In this document: piece after piece, positions 1 through 10,122 of the stretch | Layout: each line of letters opens with the position of its first letter | How positions within the stretch are numbered: position 1 is the first letter of the stretch | DNA from: Nitrosopumilus sp. | GTDB lineage: Archaea > Thermoproteota > Nitrososphaeria > Nitrososphaerales > Nitrosopumilaceae | Assembly (NCBI GenBank): GCA_965203315.1 | Contig: OZ241857.1 | Span: forward strand, 1,876,505-1,940,504 | Direction: 5' to 3' | Length of the DNA stretch: 64,000 nt | The notes under the pieces: generated by a model | What the model was told of the DNA's origin: nothing | What the model saw: only the letters and a program-made list of their open reading frames with translations | Databases searched by the model: none | Position numbers and translations under genes: made by a program

Positions 1-1
1 A

Positions 2-307
2 CAACGACCTATACTGTCTAACAAGTTTGGTGGATTATCTGGTTCGCCCATAAAACACATTGCACAGAGATGTGTCTTTGAGATTGCGACTAAACACAAG
101 ATTCCTATAATTGGCTGTGGTGGAATCTCGACATGGGAAGATGCTGTGGAGTTTATTCTTGCTGGCGCATCTGCACTTCAAGTAGGTAGTGCGATAGGAT
201 CTAGTTGGATGAATACATTTGATGTTATCAATCAAGGAATAATCCAATACATGAAGAAGAAGGGATACAATACAATACAGGAGATGGTTGGACTTGCAAC
301 GAGATAA
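2..307 (+). CDS. pyrD: Dihydroorotate dehydrogenase catalytic subunit, C-terminal part (runs off the window start)
   Basis: Frame 2 translates ...LSNKFGGLSGSPIK...IPIIGCGGISTWEDAVEFILAGASALQVGSA...; stop at 305-307; overlaps pyrK. Confidence 0.9.
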   Translation, partial: QRPILSNKFGGLSGSPIKHIAQRCVFEIATKHKIPIIGCGGISTWEDAVEFILAGASALQVGSAIGSSWMNTFDVINQGIIQYMKKKGYNTIQEMVGLATR

Positions 308-1106
308 CAATCACCCGACTATTGTAACTATTCAAGATATCATTCAAGAGACACCCACTGTCAAGACGTTGATCTATACCGATGAGGTAATGTCTTCTGC
401 ACTACCAGGCCAATTTGCAATGGTTTGGATACCTGACATAGGTGAGCTGCCGATGAGTATAATGATAGATCCAGAACCTGACAGAGCCGCATTTACTGTT
501 AGGAGACACGGTGTATCGTCAACAGGACTGTTTGATCTTCATGTGGGTGATTCTATTGGTGTACGTGGTCCATATGGAAATACATTTGATCTAAAACATG
601 GTAAGGTGCTGATGGTTGGCGGTGGTACTGGTCTTGTACCTATGATGCGACTATTAACACAAGTAAAAAGAGATGATGATGTAACTCTCGTCATGGGCGC
701 AAAGACCAAGTCTGAGGTCTTTTTTGAAGATCTTGCAGAATCGTTACTGTCTACAAACCCTCATAGAATTCTAGTATCTACTGATGATGGTAGCTATGGC
801 CAATCCGGACTGGTAACCGATATCGTAGATCAATTAATCAGTAAAGAGACTTTTGATGGTGTATATACATGTGGACCAGAGATGATGATGTACAAGACTG
901 TTAAATCAGCAAACACGCATGGAGTCTTTGTCCAAGCCAGTCTTGAGAGAGTTATGAAGTGTGGCGTAGGTATCTGTGGCAGTTGTTGCATGGGCAGAGA
1001 TCTTGTATGTCGAGATGGAACAGTATTTGATGGTATACATTTAGAACAGAACAACGAATTTGGACACATATACAAAAGTAAATCCGGAATTCAGATTAGA
1101 TATTAG
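288..1106 (+). CDS. pyrK: Dihydroorotate dehydrogenase electron transfer subunit
   Basis: PGQF, RGPYG, GGGTG and CGPEMM motifs plus the 2Fe-2S motif MKCGVGICGSC...VCRDG. Confidence 0.92.
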   Translation: MDLQRDNNHPTIVTIQDIIQETPTVKTLIYTDEVMSSALPGQFAMVWIPDIGELPMSIMIDPEPDRAAFTVRRHGVSSTGLFDLHVGDSIGVRGPYGNTFDLKHGKVLMVGGGTGLVPMMRLLTQVKRDDDVTLVMGAKTKSEVFFEDLAESLLSTNPHRILVSTDDGSYGQSGLVTDIVDQLISKETFDGVYTCGPEMMMYKTVKSANTHGVFVQASLERVMKCGVGICGSCCMGRDLVCRDGTVFDGIHLEQNNEFGHIYKSKSGIQIRY

Positions 1107-1246
1107 TGATGGTAAATGTACAAGAATATCTCGAATTTAATTCTGTCAACTATATCTCAAATTTAGATATGCTCGGATTTAGATATGTGCCTTTGCATAA
1201 CATTCTTGTATACTGTACTAGTTTTGTATGGTCTGTACTCTATGCA

Positions 1247-2989
1247 CTACCAATACTTTGCCTTGACCTTTTCTATAACTTGCTCATGTTCGTGACTCTT
1301 TTTACGCGCATATCGTTCCATAGCTCCTAGCGGAACACCTCCGAGTGATCGAGCAATGGCATTGAAAAAGTATCGTTGCGGTCCCTTGGAACCAGTCTTT
1401 GTCATAAATTTTTGAATGCCGTACTTAAAGTTGTGCTGCCATGTCTTGTATAGTACTCCAAGTTGTGCTGGTGTCATCTCATTACCAATGTTGAAAAAGT
1501 CAGACTTTTCAAGCAAACCAATAGGAACAAATGTGAGTGCAGTAGCTGTAAACATTGATCCTGGTTGTTCTTGCTCTAATTCATTGATGAGGCGTATCGT
1601 CTCCCATGAATCTTCGGGTGTTTCATCATTGTCTAATCCCATAATAAGCGTGAATGCAGGAATCCAATAGTTCTCGTTAAGTGTCTTTACTCCTTCCTTT
1701 ACTACCCAGTGCCATTCTTCTGGTGCATATGGCGCAAGTTTGCGATCTGCATACTTGTCGATCAATCGAAGGCTACCTGTCTCAAATCCTGCCTGTACGC
1801 CAATCATGTTATCGGGACCTGCACGAATGATTCTAGATAGATTTGGAATGAGTCTCTCGTCTGCAATAGCTCCTGCTAGTGTTCCGTGTGTTGGATTGGT
1901 ATGCTCGATTCCAGTAGACATGATCGCAGTGAATAGCTCCTCTAGCGCTTCACGATTAGGCTCCATTCCTTTTGCGGTTCTAGGATCCATTCCATAGACA
2001 AAGATATCATCGCTATGAACCCAAGCAGACTTTGAACCGCCTTTCTTTAGATTGATCTCGATCTCTTTTTTGACTTTTTCAGGCGGATAGTATCGTAGTG
2101 AACGTAGCGTTACGTCACAAAACTTACAGCCACGTCCACATCCGCGCATCACTTCTATCATTCCATGCATGCTGGGCTCTACGATGTTTGGAATCTCTTC
2201 TAACTCTGGTCTATCCCAAAAGTTGACAAATCTTCCATGCATCTTGCGCCCATTTCTCTCGAACTCTTTTATGTTTACTTTAAAGTCACTTCGCTTTCTA
2301 AACGGATCCATGTTCTCAAAGTCGCCATTGATCAAATAGTTGAAGAAACGACCTGCATGGCCGTCAATCTCTGGCGCAATACCGCCTAACTCGCCTTCTA
2401 ATATTGCATATATTCCAAACTCTTCGATCTTTTCTGGATCATAGTTGTACTGCCATGTACCCGAAGCACCAGATATGACTTTTGCATGACTTCCATTCTT
2501 CTTCTTTGCCGCCTTTATTCTGTGATGCAGCTCTGTGTTGTAATATTCGTCATATGATATCTGTTTTCGTCCATAAGTAAACGTCATGGTTACAGGACCC
2601 ATGCCTAGTGGATCCATCTCATATGTGCCAACAACCTCTGTCTCTGGACCTATAAACTTCTCTATGTGATCTGGATGCGCTACAACAACCTCTTGTCTAC
2701 CGAACCCGTCTCGTAATAGGCCTGCTTCGAGTTTACGTAGTCCATATGGAGCATAGTTTGCAATGCCATTGGTGTGTGGAATATAATTGCATATAAAGTC
2801 AAAGAGAATCTTGGGCGTAACCTGTTTACCTAAAATCTTGTACCATACGCTACTCTTATCTCGATTTGGATCGATGGCAGGTGCGCAACCAAAGAATGTA
2901 GCAAGTGACAATCCCCGATATGGTGACATTAACGTTCTATCGGCAGTTAACACTATCTTTGGAGTACCCATGTTCTTCAACGAGATCAT
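1247..2989 (-). CDS. B12-binding radical SAM enzyme, probable GDGT ring synthase (GrsA/GrsB family)
   Basis: CxxxCxxC (GCGRGCKFC); N-terminal IVLTADRTLMS and APYGLRKLEA segments resemble Grs proteins as recalled. Confidence 0.7.
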   Translation of the reverse strand: MISLKNMGTPKIVLTADRTLMSPYRGLSLATFFGCAPAIDPNRDKSSVWYKILGKQVTPKILFDFICNYIPHTNGIANYAPYGLRKLEAGLLRDGFGRQEVVVAHPDHIEKFIGPETEVVGTYEMDPLGMGPVTMTFTYGRKQISYDEYYNTELHHRIKAAKKKNGSHAKVISGASGTWQYNYDPEKIEEFGIYAILEGELGGIAPEIDGHAGRFFNYLINGDFENMDPFRKRSDFKVNIKEFERNGRKMHGRFVNFWDRPELEEIPNIVEPSMHGMIEVMRGCGRGCKFCDVTLRSLRYYPPEKVKKEIEINLKKGGSKSAWVHSDDIFVYGMDPRTAKGMEPNREALEELFTAIMSTGIEHTNPTHGTLAGAIADERLIPNLSRIIRAGPDNMIGVQAGFETGSLRLIDKYADRKLAPYAPEEWHWVVKEGVKTLNENYWIPAFTLIMGLDNDETPEDSWETIRLINELEQEQPGSMFTATALTFVPIGLLEKSDFFNIGNEMTPAQLGVLYKTWQHNFKYGIQKFMTKTGSKGPQRYFFNAIARSLGGVPLGAMERYARKKSHEHEQVIEKVKAKYW

Positions 2990-3194
2990 TGTGTGATTTA
3001 TTTTAAACCTTGCTAGTAATGTAATATGCTAGATTACTGCACATCTAGTCGGGGTTTGGAGTGCTTGGTTTGTATATCGTGTAGGTTCTGCTAATTTGGT
3101 GTGGGCTGAGATCTAGATGACGATGTTTTGAGGACTGATTGTGTGACTAACACTAGTTTACAATAGTCGATACACGACAGTCTCTATATTTTAT

Positions 3195-4423
3195 CAGTCA
3201 TCCCAAATGTGCTGCCTCGTAGACTCATTTCGTGGGTGGTGGCCAACGAGCCATTATCTCTCGAAAACGCAGCTGTAAAAATGTCTTAAAGTACACCTTG
3301 GTGACTTTCTTGCCCATCTCTGAGAATCCTTTTGTTTCAGATGGCATGTGTCGTGCTAGGATCCATGCGTTGTAAAATAACATACTAAACAAAAACAGCA
3401 TAAATCTTACAGATTCACTCTTACTCTGCATCTTTAATCTCATCTGTTCTAGATCACGATATCCAGACTCTATGATCCATCGACTTGCATATATCGATAT
3501 GTCGATGTCGGGATCATTTGTTGCATATGCCATCAACTTTCCTTTTCTGTTCTTGGTTATTATCATGGTAAAAGGTACGGTCAATCCTTTTCCGTTGGTG
3601 ATTTTCGCTTGCGATATTCTGCTACGTAATCCTTGCTGATACTCTCGTATGCAGTTCTTAACATATGCCGTGTTTTTACATGGGGTAAGAAACTTGTACG
3701 TGGTATTTTGAAATTTAGCAAATATCTCTGCAACATAAAATTCACGATCAAACAAGAATACACCGATCTTGAACTTGTATGACACACAAATATCGATGAT
3801 TTTATCTATAGAAACTATGTTATTATCAGCTGCAGACATGAGAATACCTGCAAGATTTAGTTTTGCTATTGGATGAGCAACTTGAGCAGTCATGTAGGTT
3901 ACCTTGTCTGTTCCCTTGTCTGGTTTGCAGCGTTTCAGTTTTTTATTTTGTTTGTCGTATCGCATGATTTTGTGTTTGTCTATTGCAATGTTGACTACAT
4001 CTGGCCAAATATCTGCATCCTGTAAAGCTTTGATCTGCTGTTTGACAATCGTTTTGAATTGCCTTTGGAAATTAAGTTTAGAAATTTTTACAAATAATAC
4101 TCTAAACCATTCACTCGTTGGCGATAGTTCGAATATCTGTCTTACAGATATTGCACAGCTTGTAATCGTTGCACTATTTATCATGGTCGCTATCATCACG
4201 TAAAAGACATTGTACTCGTCGTACAATCTATTGTATCGATTTGATACTGGTATCTCAAGAGAGAATAGCCACATGATGATGGCATTATGTGTTGTTCTTT
4301 TTGAGCGCACGTCACGTTGCATCAGGGTTTTTTGAACCATAAAGAGTATCCAAAAACTTGCCCGATCTAAATGTTTAGATCGACCCTCATCTCAGCCCAA
4401 TCGGAGCACATTTGGGATGTCTG
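3195..4423 (-). mobile_element. ISH3-family insertion sequence
   Basis: 19-bp TIR CAG(T/A)CATCCCAAATGTGCT with 1 mismatch; 5-bp target duplication TTTAT at 3190-3194 and 4424-4428. Confidence 0.9.
3225..4340 (-). CDS. ISH3-family DDE transposase
   Basis: AID, FDREFY, YASRWIIESGYR and LFYNAW motifs. Confidence 0.88.
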   Translation of the reverse strand: MVQKTLMQRDVRSKRTTHNAIIMWLFSLEIPVSNRYNRLYDEYNVFYVMIATMINSATITSCAISVRQIFELSPTSEWFRVLFVKISKLNFQRQFKTIVKQQIKALQDADIWPDVVNIAIDKHKIMRYDKQNKKLKRCKPDKGTDKVTYMTAQVAHPIAKLNLAGILMSAADNNIVSIDKIIDICVSYKFKIGVFLFDREFYVAEIFAKFQNTTYKFLTPCKNTAYVKNCIREYQQGLRSRISQAKITNGKGLTVPFTMIITKNRKGKLMAYATNDPDIDISIYASRWIIESGYRDLEQMRLKMQSKSESVRFMLFLFSMLFYNAWILARHMPSETKGFSEMGKKVTKVYFKTFLQLRFREIMARWPPPTK

Positions 4424-4727
4424 TTTATAAACTGAGAATTTTGTACAAAAATTGTCAACATCTGCTGTGTTGACCGAACTTGAGCATTTGTAATGGTTTA
4501 GTTATTTACAAGCAACAATCCAAAGATCGTTATGATCAATTGTGGTATATCCAAAGATGTGTCTGACGCTAATAAATGAAAGCAGATCTATTATGTGATC
4601 CGTCTAGACGTACTTTGGGTTCTGGGCATGATATTCAACCATGCCGTGTTGTGACAACTTGATATCGTACAAGACATGGCATATTGCATTATCCTTATAT
4701 ATATGGTAAATACTTTATTTTACAGTA

Positions 4728-5864
4728 ATGGGTGAAAGAGAAAGACTGGATTTAATCAAAAAGATACAAGAGACGCGAAATTCTTATGTTATTACTTATG
4801 TCTTGAGTGATCGGGACGGTTATCAAACATCTATTGCGTCAGATGCAGTACGAATTTTTTATGAACATTTAGAAGATTATCATAAAAAAATACCTAGACT
4901 TGATCTGTTCATGTATAGTGTGGGTGGTGACACAAGTACACCATGGAGGATTGTTTCTCTGTTTAGAGAATTTGCTGAAGAGATTAACATTTTGATTCCA
5001 TATAAAGCATTAAGCGCAGCTACCCTTGTGGCGATCGGAATGGATAACATAATCATGGGTAAAAAAGGAGAGCTGGGTCCTATTGATCCCACTGTAAACA
5101 GTAATTTCAATCCCATAGATCCTATTGTACAAAATCGTTCATTGCCGATTAATGTGGAAGATATTTCAAGCTATATTGATTTGATGAAGAAATTCGGCAT
5201 AACTGGACAGAAACAAATTGGACAAAGTTTTGCAAAACTTGCAGATGCTGTCAATCCAATAGCTTTGGGATATATCAATAGACATTACTCATTCATTAGA
5301 ATGACTGCTACAAAACTTTTAAAATCTCAAAAGAAGCCACTTAACGATCAAAAAATTAGTCACATTGTAAAACAGTTGATCGAAGAAATCTATTTTCACG
5401 GTCATGGTATAGCTAGAATGGAAGCAAAAGATATCGGACTGAAAATAATTCGTCCTGATCAAAAATTAGAAGAATTGATGTGGAAATTATATTTAGAGTA
5501 TGAGAATGATCTCCAACTTACACAACCTTTAAACCCAAAAGACATTCTAGAAGAGAGAAAAGCAGATCGTTTTGTAATGGATGGAGTACCTGGAGCGTAT
5601 ATAGAATCTGAAAAACACTCTCATGTTTATAGGGGGAATATAGAATTCATTACAAAAAGGGCAATACCACAAACGATGAACATAAATTTCCCATTACCTT
5701 CAAACAATGATAAATTAGATTTTGATCAACTACTAAAATTACGTGAATATGTACAAAAGATAGTTTATGAAGAGATCGTCAAGCAATCCTATGTACTAGC
5801 ATATGATGTAGACTTTAGCAAGATGAATTGGTATCTTAATCATGATTGGATCAAGCTAGTATAA
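4728..5864 (+). CDS. ClpP/crotonase-fold serine protease (SDH_sah / SppA-like)
   Basis: LYSVGG-like segment, ALSAATL (catalytic Ser), LGPIDP and FHGHGI. Confidence 0.8.
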   Translation: MGERERLDLIKKIQETRNSYVITYVLSDRDGYQTSIASDAVRIFYEHLEDYHKKIPRLDLFMYSVGGDTSTPWRIVSLFREFAEEINILIPYKALSAATLVAIGMDNIIMGKKGELGPIDPTVNSNFNPIDPIVQNRSLPINVEDISSYIDLMKKFGITGQKQIGQSFAKLADAVNPIALGYINRHYSFIRMTATKLLKSQKKPLNDQKISHIVKQLIEEIYFHGHGIARMEAKDIGLKIIRPDQKLEELMWKLYLEYENDLQLTQPLNPKDILEERKADRFVMDGVPGAYIESEKHSHVYRGNIEFITKRAIPQTMNINFPLPSNNDKLDFDQLLKLREYVQKIVYEEIVKQSYVLAYDVDFSKMNWYLNHDWIKLV

Positions 5865-6224
5865 ATTTCCCTTCTGGCCACGTACCTTCTCTCTTTATGT
5901 TTGTTCTGGTGATTAGTGGGCGCTGCCTAGTATTTTCATATGTATAAGTAAAACTATCTGCGGGAACAAATCTGATGTTTATTGTTACTTTATTCACCAT
6001 GTTAATACTTGAACCTTGTATAATATAAGTAATGTGTTGTGAGTTCGGTAGTGTGGGATCCGGAAAACTATCTAGTACTCTATCATCGTTCATAGATCTC
6101 TTGTCTTGTATGTGACACATCTGTGAACTAGCAGTCATATCCTTATCTGATCTCATTATCTGATACTATTCGACATGATCGTCTAGACCCTAATCTATAA
6201 ATTCATAAGAGTTGTAGTCTATTC

Positions 6225-6407
6225 ATGGCAACACACGGCTCGCTTACTAAAGCAGGAAAGGTTAGAGGTCAGACCCCCAAGGTTGAGGGTAGAAAGATAG
6301 TTGGAACAAACTCTAGTCTGCGTAACAAACGCAACTTTGTGAAGCGGTTTGTTTTAGGTCGAGTACCAGGTCAGAACAAGCCCGGTCAAAAACGAAGAAA
6401 GCGTTAG
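6225..6407 (+). CDS. rps30e: 30S ribosomal protein S30e
   Basis: HGSLTKAGKVRGQTPKV signature. Confidence 0.95.
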   Translation: MATHGSLTKAGKVRGQTPKVEGRKIVGTNSSLRNKRNFVKRFVLGRVPGQNKPGQKRRKR

Positions 6408-6418
6408 AGCATTCAAAC

Positions 6419-7102
6419 CTACAAACCAAACTCTGATTTCAAGTTGGTGTAAAATTTCACCATATTGTCGTTCACTTTGGGTAGTAGTGTATCGATATCT
6501 GAGCGAATCTTATCTGGATTAATGTCTGGAGTATTTTGGATCTTTTCGTATGTGTTATCTAGCCAGAGATTCACCATGTTGCGATCTATCTCCATATGAA
6601 ATTGGAGTCCTATTACACTCTTGTATCGAAAGGCTTGATTCTTGTAATGTGTGGATGATGCAAGTCTTGTTGCACCGTCTGGTAAGTCAAATGTATCTCC
6701 GTGCCAATGAAATACCGTGAACCGTCGTTCAAATCCTGCAAATATCTCTGAATCACACTCGATGTATAGATCATCATAGAATCCGATCTCTCTTCTTGAT
6801 CCCTTGTATACGCGACTACCGAGTGCTCTTGCAGCCAGCTGTGATCCCAGGCAAATTCCTAGCAGTGGTGTTCCGTCATGTATGCAGCGTTTCACCAACT
6901 CTTCTTCGGCTCGTAGATGTGGCAGATCATCATTTGCACTATTTGGAGCGCCGAGTATTATGATCAGTGAGAACTGTTTATCAGGGATACTGGTATACTT
7001 TGCATTGATCGATGTTATGTTGAAACCATCTTGTTTCAATAGATGACCTAGATATCCAGACCCCTCTATCTTTGTATTTTGTATTAAAAGAACACTAGAC
7101 AT
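6419..7102 (-). CDS. Class I glutamine amidotransferase (GMP-synthase-like)
   Basis: LGICLGSQ, WHGDTF and QFHME catalytic triad motifs. Confidence 0.9.
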   Translation of the reverse strand: MSSVLLIQNTKIEGSGYLGHLLKQDGFNITSINAKYTSIPDKQFSLIIILGAPNSANDDLPHLRAEEELVKRCIHDGTPLLGICLGSQLAARALGSRVYKGSRREIGFYDDLYIECDSEIFAGFERRFTVFHWHGDTFDLPDGATRLASSTHYKNQAFRYKSVIGLQFHMEIDRNMVNLWLDNTYEKIQNTPDINPDKIRSDIDTLLPKVNDNMVKFYTNLKSEFGL

Positions 7103-7110
7103 TAATCCAA

Positions 7111-8385
7111 CTAGGGCCAGACGCCTTTCTGTTCAAAAGCTTCTAAAACTCGTTGTACTGCTAGGACCATCGTAGCTTTTCTCATGTCGATCTTGTGCTC
7201 CTTTGATTTCGCATATGCGTCTTTGAATCCCTTTGTAATGTTACTTTCCATCTTTTTTGCAACTTCGTCAAACGTCCAATAATACCCCATGTTGTTTTGT
7301 ACCCACTCTAAATACGATATACATACACCACCCGAGTTGGCCAAGATATCTGGAATCACCAATATCTTCTTTTTGTATATGATTGGATCTGCTTCTGGTA
7401 GTGTTGGACCATTTGCGGCCTCTGCAAGTATCTTGCATTTTAGATTCTTTGCAATATCCTCTGTTATCTGATTCTCCAAAGCAGCAGGAATCAAAATATC
7501 GCATTTTGTTGTCAACAATTGTTCTGTAGTAATCTCTTTACTGCCTGGAAACCCTACAACAGATCCTGTCTCTTGCTTGTAATTTAGAATCTTGTCAACT
7601 TTGGCCCCTTTTGGAATGGATATTGATCCCTTGGAGTCGCTAACACCAATTACAATCACCCCCATCTTTTCAAGAGACTCTCCTGCAAAGGTTGCAGCAT
7701 TGCCAAACCCCTGCAAAACTACTTTGGCACCTTTTAGATTTAATTTTAGTTTCTTTGCGGCCTCTCTTACTGTATACGCTGCACCGAGTCCGGTCGCAAC
7801 GTTTCGCGCAAGTGATCCTCCCATGGATATTGGTTTGCCTGTGATTACGCCAGGCGAATATCTATTTCCATTTAGTTTACTAAATGTATCCATTATCTGG
7901 GTCATCTCACGACCTGTAGTGTACACGTCTGGAGCAGGAATGTCTTTCTCTGGACCTATGATCTCTGATATCTTGTATGCAAATCCGCGAGTTAGTCGCT
8001 CCAATTCGCCGTCACTGAGATTCTCAGTCTTGGGATTGACGTATATTGCTCCCTTACCTCCTCCTAATGGAATATCAACTATTGCACACTTCCACGTCAT
8101 CCATGAAGATAGTGCCATGACTTCGCGTTCCATGTACTCGACTCCACCTTTTGGATTAAAGTAACGAATACCTCCCTTGTACGGACCCCGATCGTTATTA
8201 TGTTGACTACGAAAACCTGTGAATATTCGTATGCTTCCATCATCCATCTTTACTGGAATCTTTACTCTCAAAACTTTGTTTGGCATCGCAAGATAGTTGC
8301 GTATCTCTTGATCCTCAATCCCTAATATGTCACATGCATCGTTTACCTGTTTAGTGGCGTTTGCAAACGGATCTGATTCTACCAA
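7111..8385 (-). CDS. gdhA: Glutamate dehydrogenase
   Basis: GPYKGGIRY, GGGKG, PAPDV, QGFGN and EAANGP motifs. Confidence 0.95.
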   Translation of the reverse strand: MVESDPFANATKQVNDACDILGIEDQEIRNYLAMPNKVLRVKIPVKMDDGSIRIFTGFRSQHNNDRGPYKGGIRYFNPKGGVEYMEREVMALSSWMTWKCAIVDIPLGGGKGAIYVNPKTENLSDGELERLTRGFAYKISEIIGPEKDIPAPDVYTTGREMTQIMDTFSKLNGNRYSPGVITGKPISMGGSLARNVATGLGAAYTVREAAKKLKLNLKGAKVVLQGFGNAATFAGESLEKMGVIVIGVSDSKGSISIPKGAKVDKILNYKQETGSVVGFPGSKEITTEQLLTTKCDILIPAALENQITEDIAKNLKCKILAEAANGPTLPEADPIIYKKKILVIPDILANSGGVCISYLEWVQNNMGYYWTFDEVAKKMESNITKGFKDAYAKSKEHKIDMRKATMVLAVQRVLEAFEQKGVWP

Positions 8386-8428
8386 ACTATTATGTCTAAT
8401 ATATTGGACTATTTAAGTTTGGTTTTAC

Positions 8429-8535
8429 AGATCTCTTCGATTTATCTGGGATATGATTTTAACAGAAAAAGTACTGTTGGACTTTATGGGAACATTTTTA
8501 GAAAAGTCTTGGAAAAATACCATCTACGTTCTTCC
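8429..8535. mobile_element. Degenerate MITE family B copy
   Basis: agatctcttcgatttatctgggat...acagaaaaa...gaaaagtcttggaaaa matches the MITE-B layout. Confidence 0.5.
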
Positions 8536-8689
8536 ACCAATCATATTTTGATCGCTATATGATCTGCTAACTAGATTGTCGATAATCGCACAAGATCAAG
8601 AACATGCGATGTCAATGTACGTTGATTCTAACACGGTGTAGAGTCATACTATATACCCTTAAATTAACTTGAAACTAACTGCCTGTATT

Positions 8690-9412
8690 ATGATGGCATC
8701 GCGTGGGTACGATATGACGCCCACAATGTACTCACCTGATGGAAGGATCTATCAAGTAGAGTATGCGTTAGAGACTGTAAAGCGCGGTACTTTGGCGATT
8801 GGAATCATATCCAAAGATGGGATAATTGTTGCAGTAGAAGAACAGCCTAGATCACTCCAATCAACAGATATCACTCAAAAGATCTTTCAAGTAGACTATC
8901 ACATAGGCGTAGCAGCAGCAGGCTATATTCCAGATGCACGTGTTCAAGTTGATAACGCTAGATTATTCTCACAAGGAAATCGTATTACGTACAACGAGTC
9001 AGTTGAGGTCATAACAGTTGCCAAACACCTTGCAGATATGTCACACCAATTTACTCAATATTCTGGTGTAAGACCAAACGGAGTATCACTGATAATTGCA
9101 GGAATTGATCAAAAAGGCGAGTCTATATACGTCACTGATCCAAGTGGTACGTTTGTCCAATACTCTGCAGTTGCTATAGGCGCGGGTTCAGACGATGTGA
9201 ATACATTTCTTGAGAAAAATTATGATCCTGAGATGAGTTTAGATGATATTGCAGCGCTAGCCATTGCATCATTGAATCTCAAAGTAGAGAAGAAAGACGA
9301 TACAGATCACATAAAGATGGCCAAAATTACCACAACCAACAAGATATTTGAACGGGTACCCGAGCCAGATCTACAAAAGTATGCAGCAAGTACTATCAAG
9401 TTTGAGCAGTAG
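8690..9412 (+). CDS. psmA: Proteasome alpha subunit
   Basis: GYDMTPTMYSPDGRIYQVEYA signature; start placed at ATG 8690. Confidence 0.95.
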   Translation: MMASRGYDMTPTMYSPDGRIYQVEYALETVKRGTLAIGIISKDGIIVAVEEQPRSLQSTDITQKIFQVDYHIGVAAAGYIPDARVQVDNARLFSQGNRITYNESVEVITVAKHLADMSHQFTQYSGVRPNGVSLIIAGIDQKGESIYVTDPSGTFVQYSAVAIGAGSDDVNTFLEKNYDPEMSLDDIAALAIASLNLKVEKKDDTDHIKMAKITTTNKIFERVPEPDLQKYAASTIKFEQ

Positions 9413-9435
9413 GAACTTTAACCTGTGATGTGTAG

Positions 9436-10119
9436 ATGGGTCTTGGTAGCTATTGGGCTGATGTTATCAAAGTTTTAAGCGAGATCATTCCCATATACGA
9501 TAAAGTAAACTCGATAATCTCATTAGGCAAAGACGTTGAACACAGAAGACGTGGAATATCGGGTAGAATATCATCTGGAGATCGTATCCTCGATGCAGGT
9601 TCTGGTTTTGGAAACATGTCCAAGACTGCATTAGAGATTGCTAATGTATCAGTAACACTATATGATCCACTCGTACCGATGCTCAAGAATACCGGTTCAC
9701 ATTTTGATGAAATTCCTGATATGACAAACGGCGTATTTGAGCACATTCCTTTTAGAGATGATGAGTTTGATGCTGTACTCTGTGGATACTCTTTACGAGA
9801 TGCAATTAATCTACGAATAGCAATATCTGAGATTCATAGAGTGCTCAAAGATGGAGGTAGATTTGTGATAGTTGATCTGGGCAAACCAGATAACCGGATA
9901 ATTCGTACGGGTGTTGCATTCTATCTACGATGTATTCTTCCTATACTCGCATTTGCAGTTGGAGGAAGATTAGGACTCAAGTTTGGAACATTATATGGAA
10001 CATTTCAGAGGTGGCCACATAACAGCAAATTGAGATCTATGTTACTTGACAAGTTTACAAAAGTAGAGTTTGAACAAGATCTCTTGGGTGGGGCAATAAT
10101 GGTCGCAGCATACAAGTAA
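9436..10119 (+). CDS. UbiE/MenG-like SAM methyltransferase
   Basis: YDKVNSIISLG, LDAGSGFG and EIHRVLKDGG. Confidence 0.85.
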   Translation: MGLGSYWADVIKVLSEIIPIYDKVNSIISLGKDVEHRRRGISGRISSGDRILDAGSGFGNMSKTALEIANVSVTLYDPLVPMLKNTGSHFDEIPDMTNGVFEHIPFRDDEFDAVLCGYSLRDAINLRIAISEIHRVLKDGGRFVIVDLGKPDNRIIRTGVAFYLRCILPILAFAVGGRLGLKFGTLYGTFQRWPHNSKLRSMLLDKFTKVEFEQDLLGGAIMVAAYK

Positions 10120-10122
10120 AAT

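Larger units (their letters stand above)
3084..4480. mobile_element. Degenerate MITE family A copy, split by an ISH3 insertion
   Basis: Starts GGTTCTG at 3084; the internal segment tttacaatagtcgat...tatatttt | aaactgagaattttgtacaaaa aligns with the MITE-A copies at 50974-52406 and 58932-59108. Confidence 0.6.

Noticed and set aside
4596-6188. Direct repeat TGATC(C)GTCTAGAC flanking the protease cassette as att sites
   Set aside because: Short, imperfect and made of the locally abundant GATC/TCTAGA words; no integrase nearby
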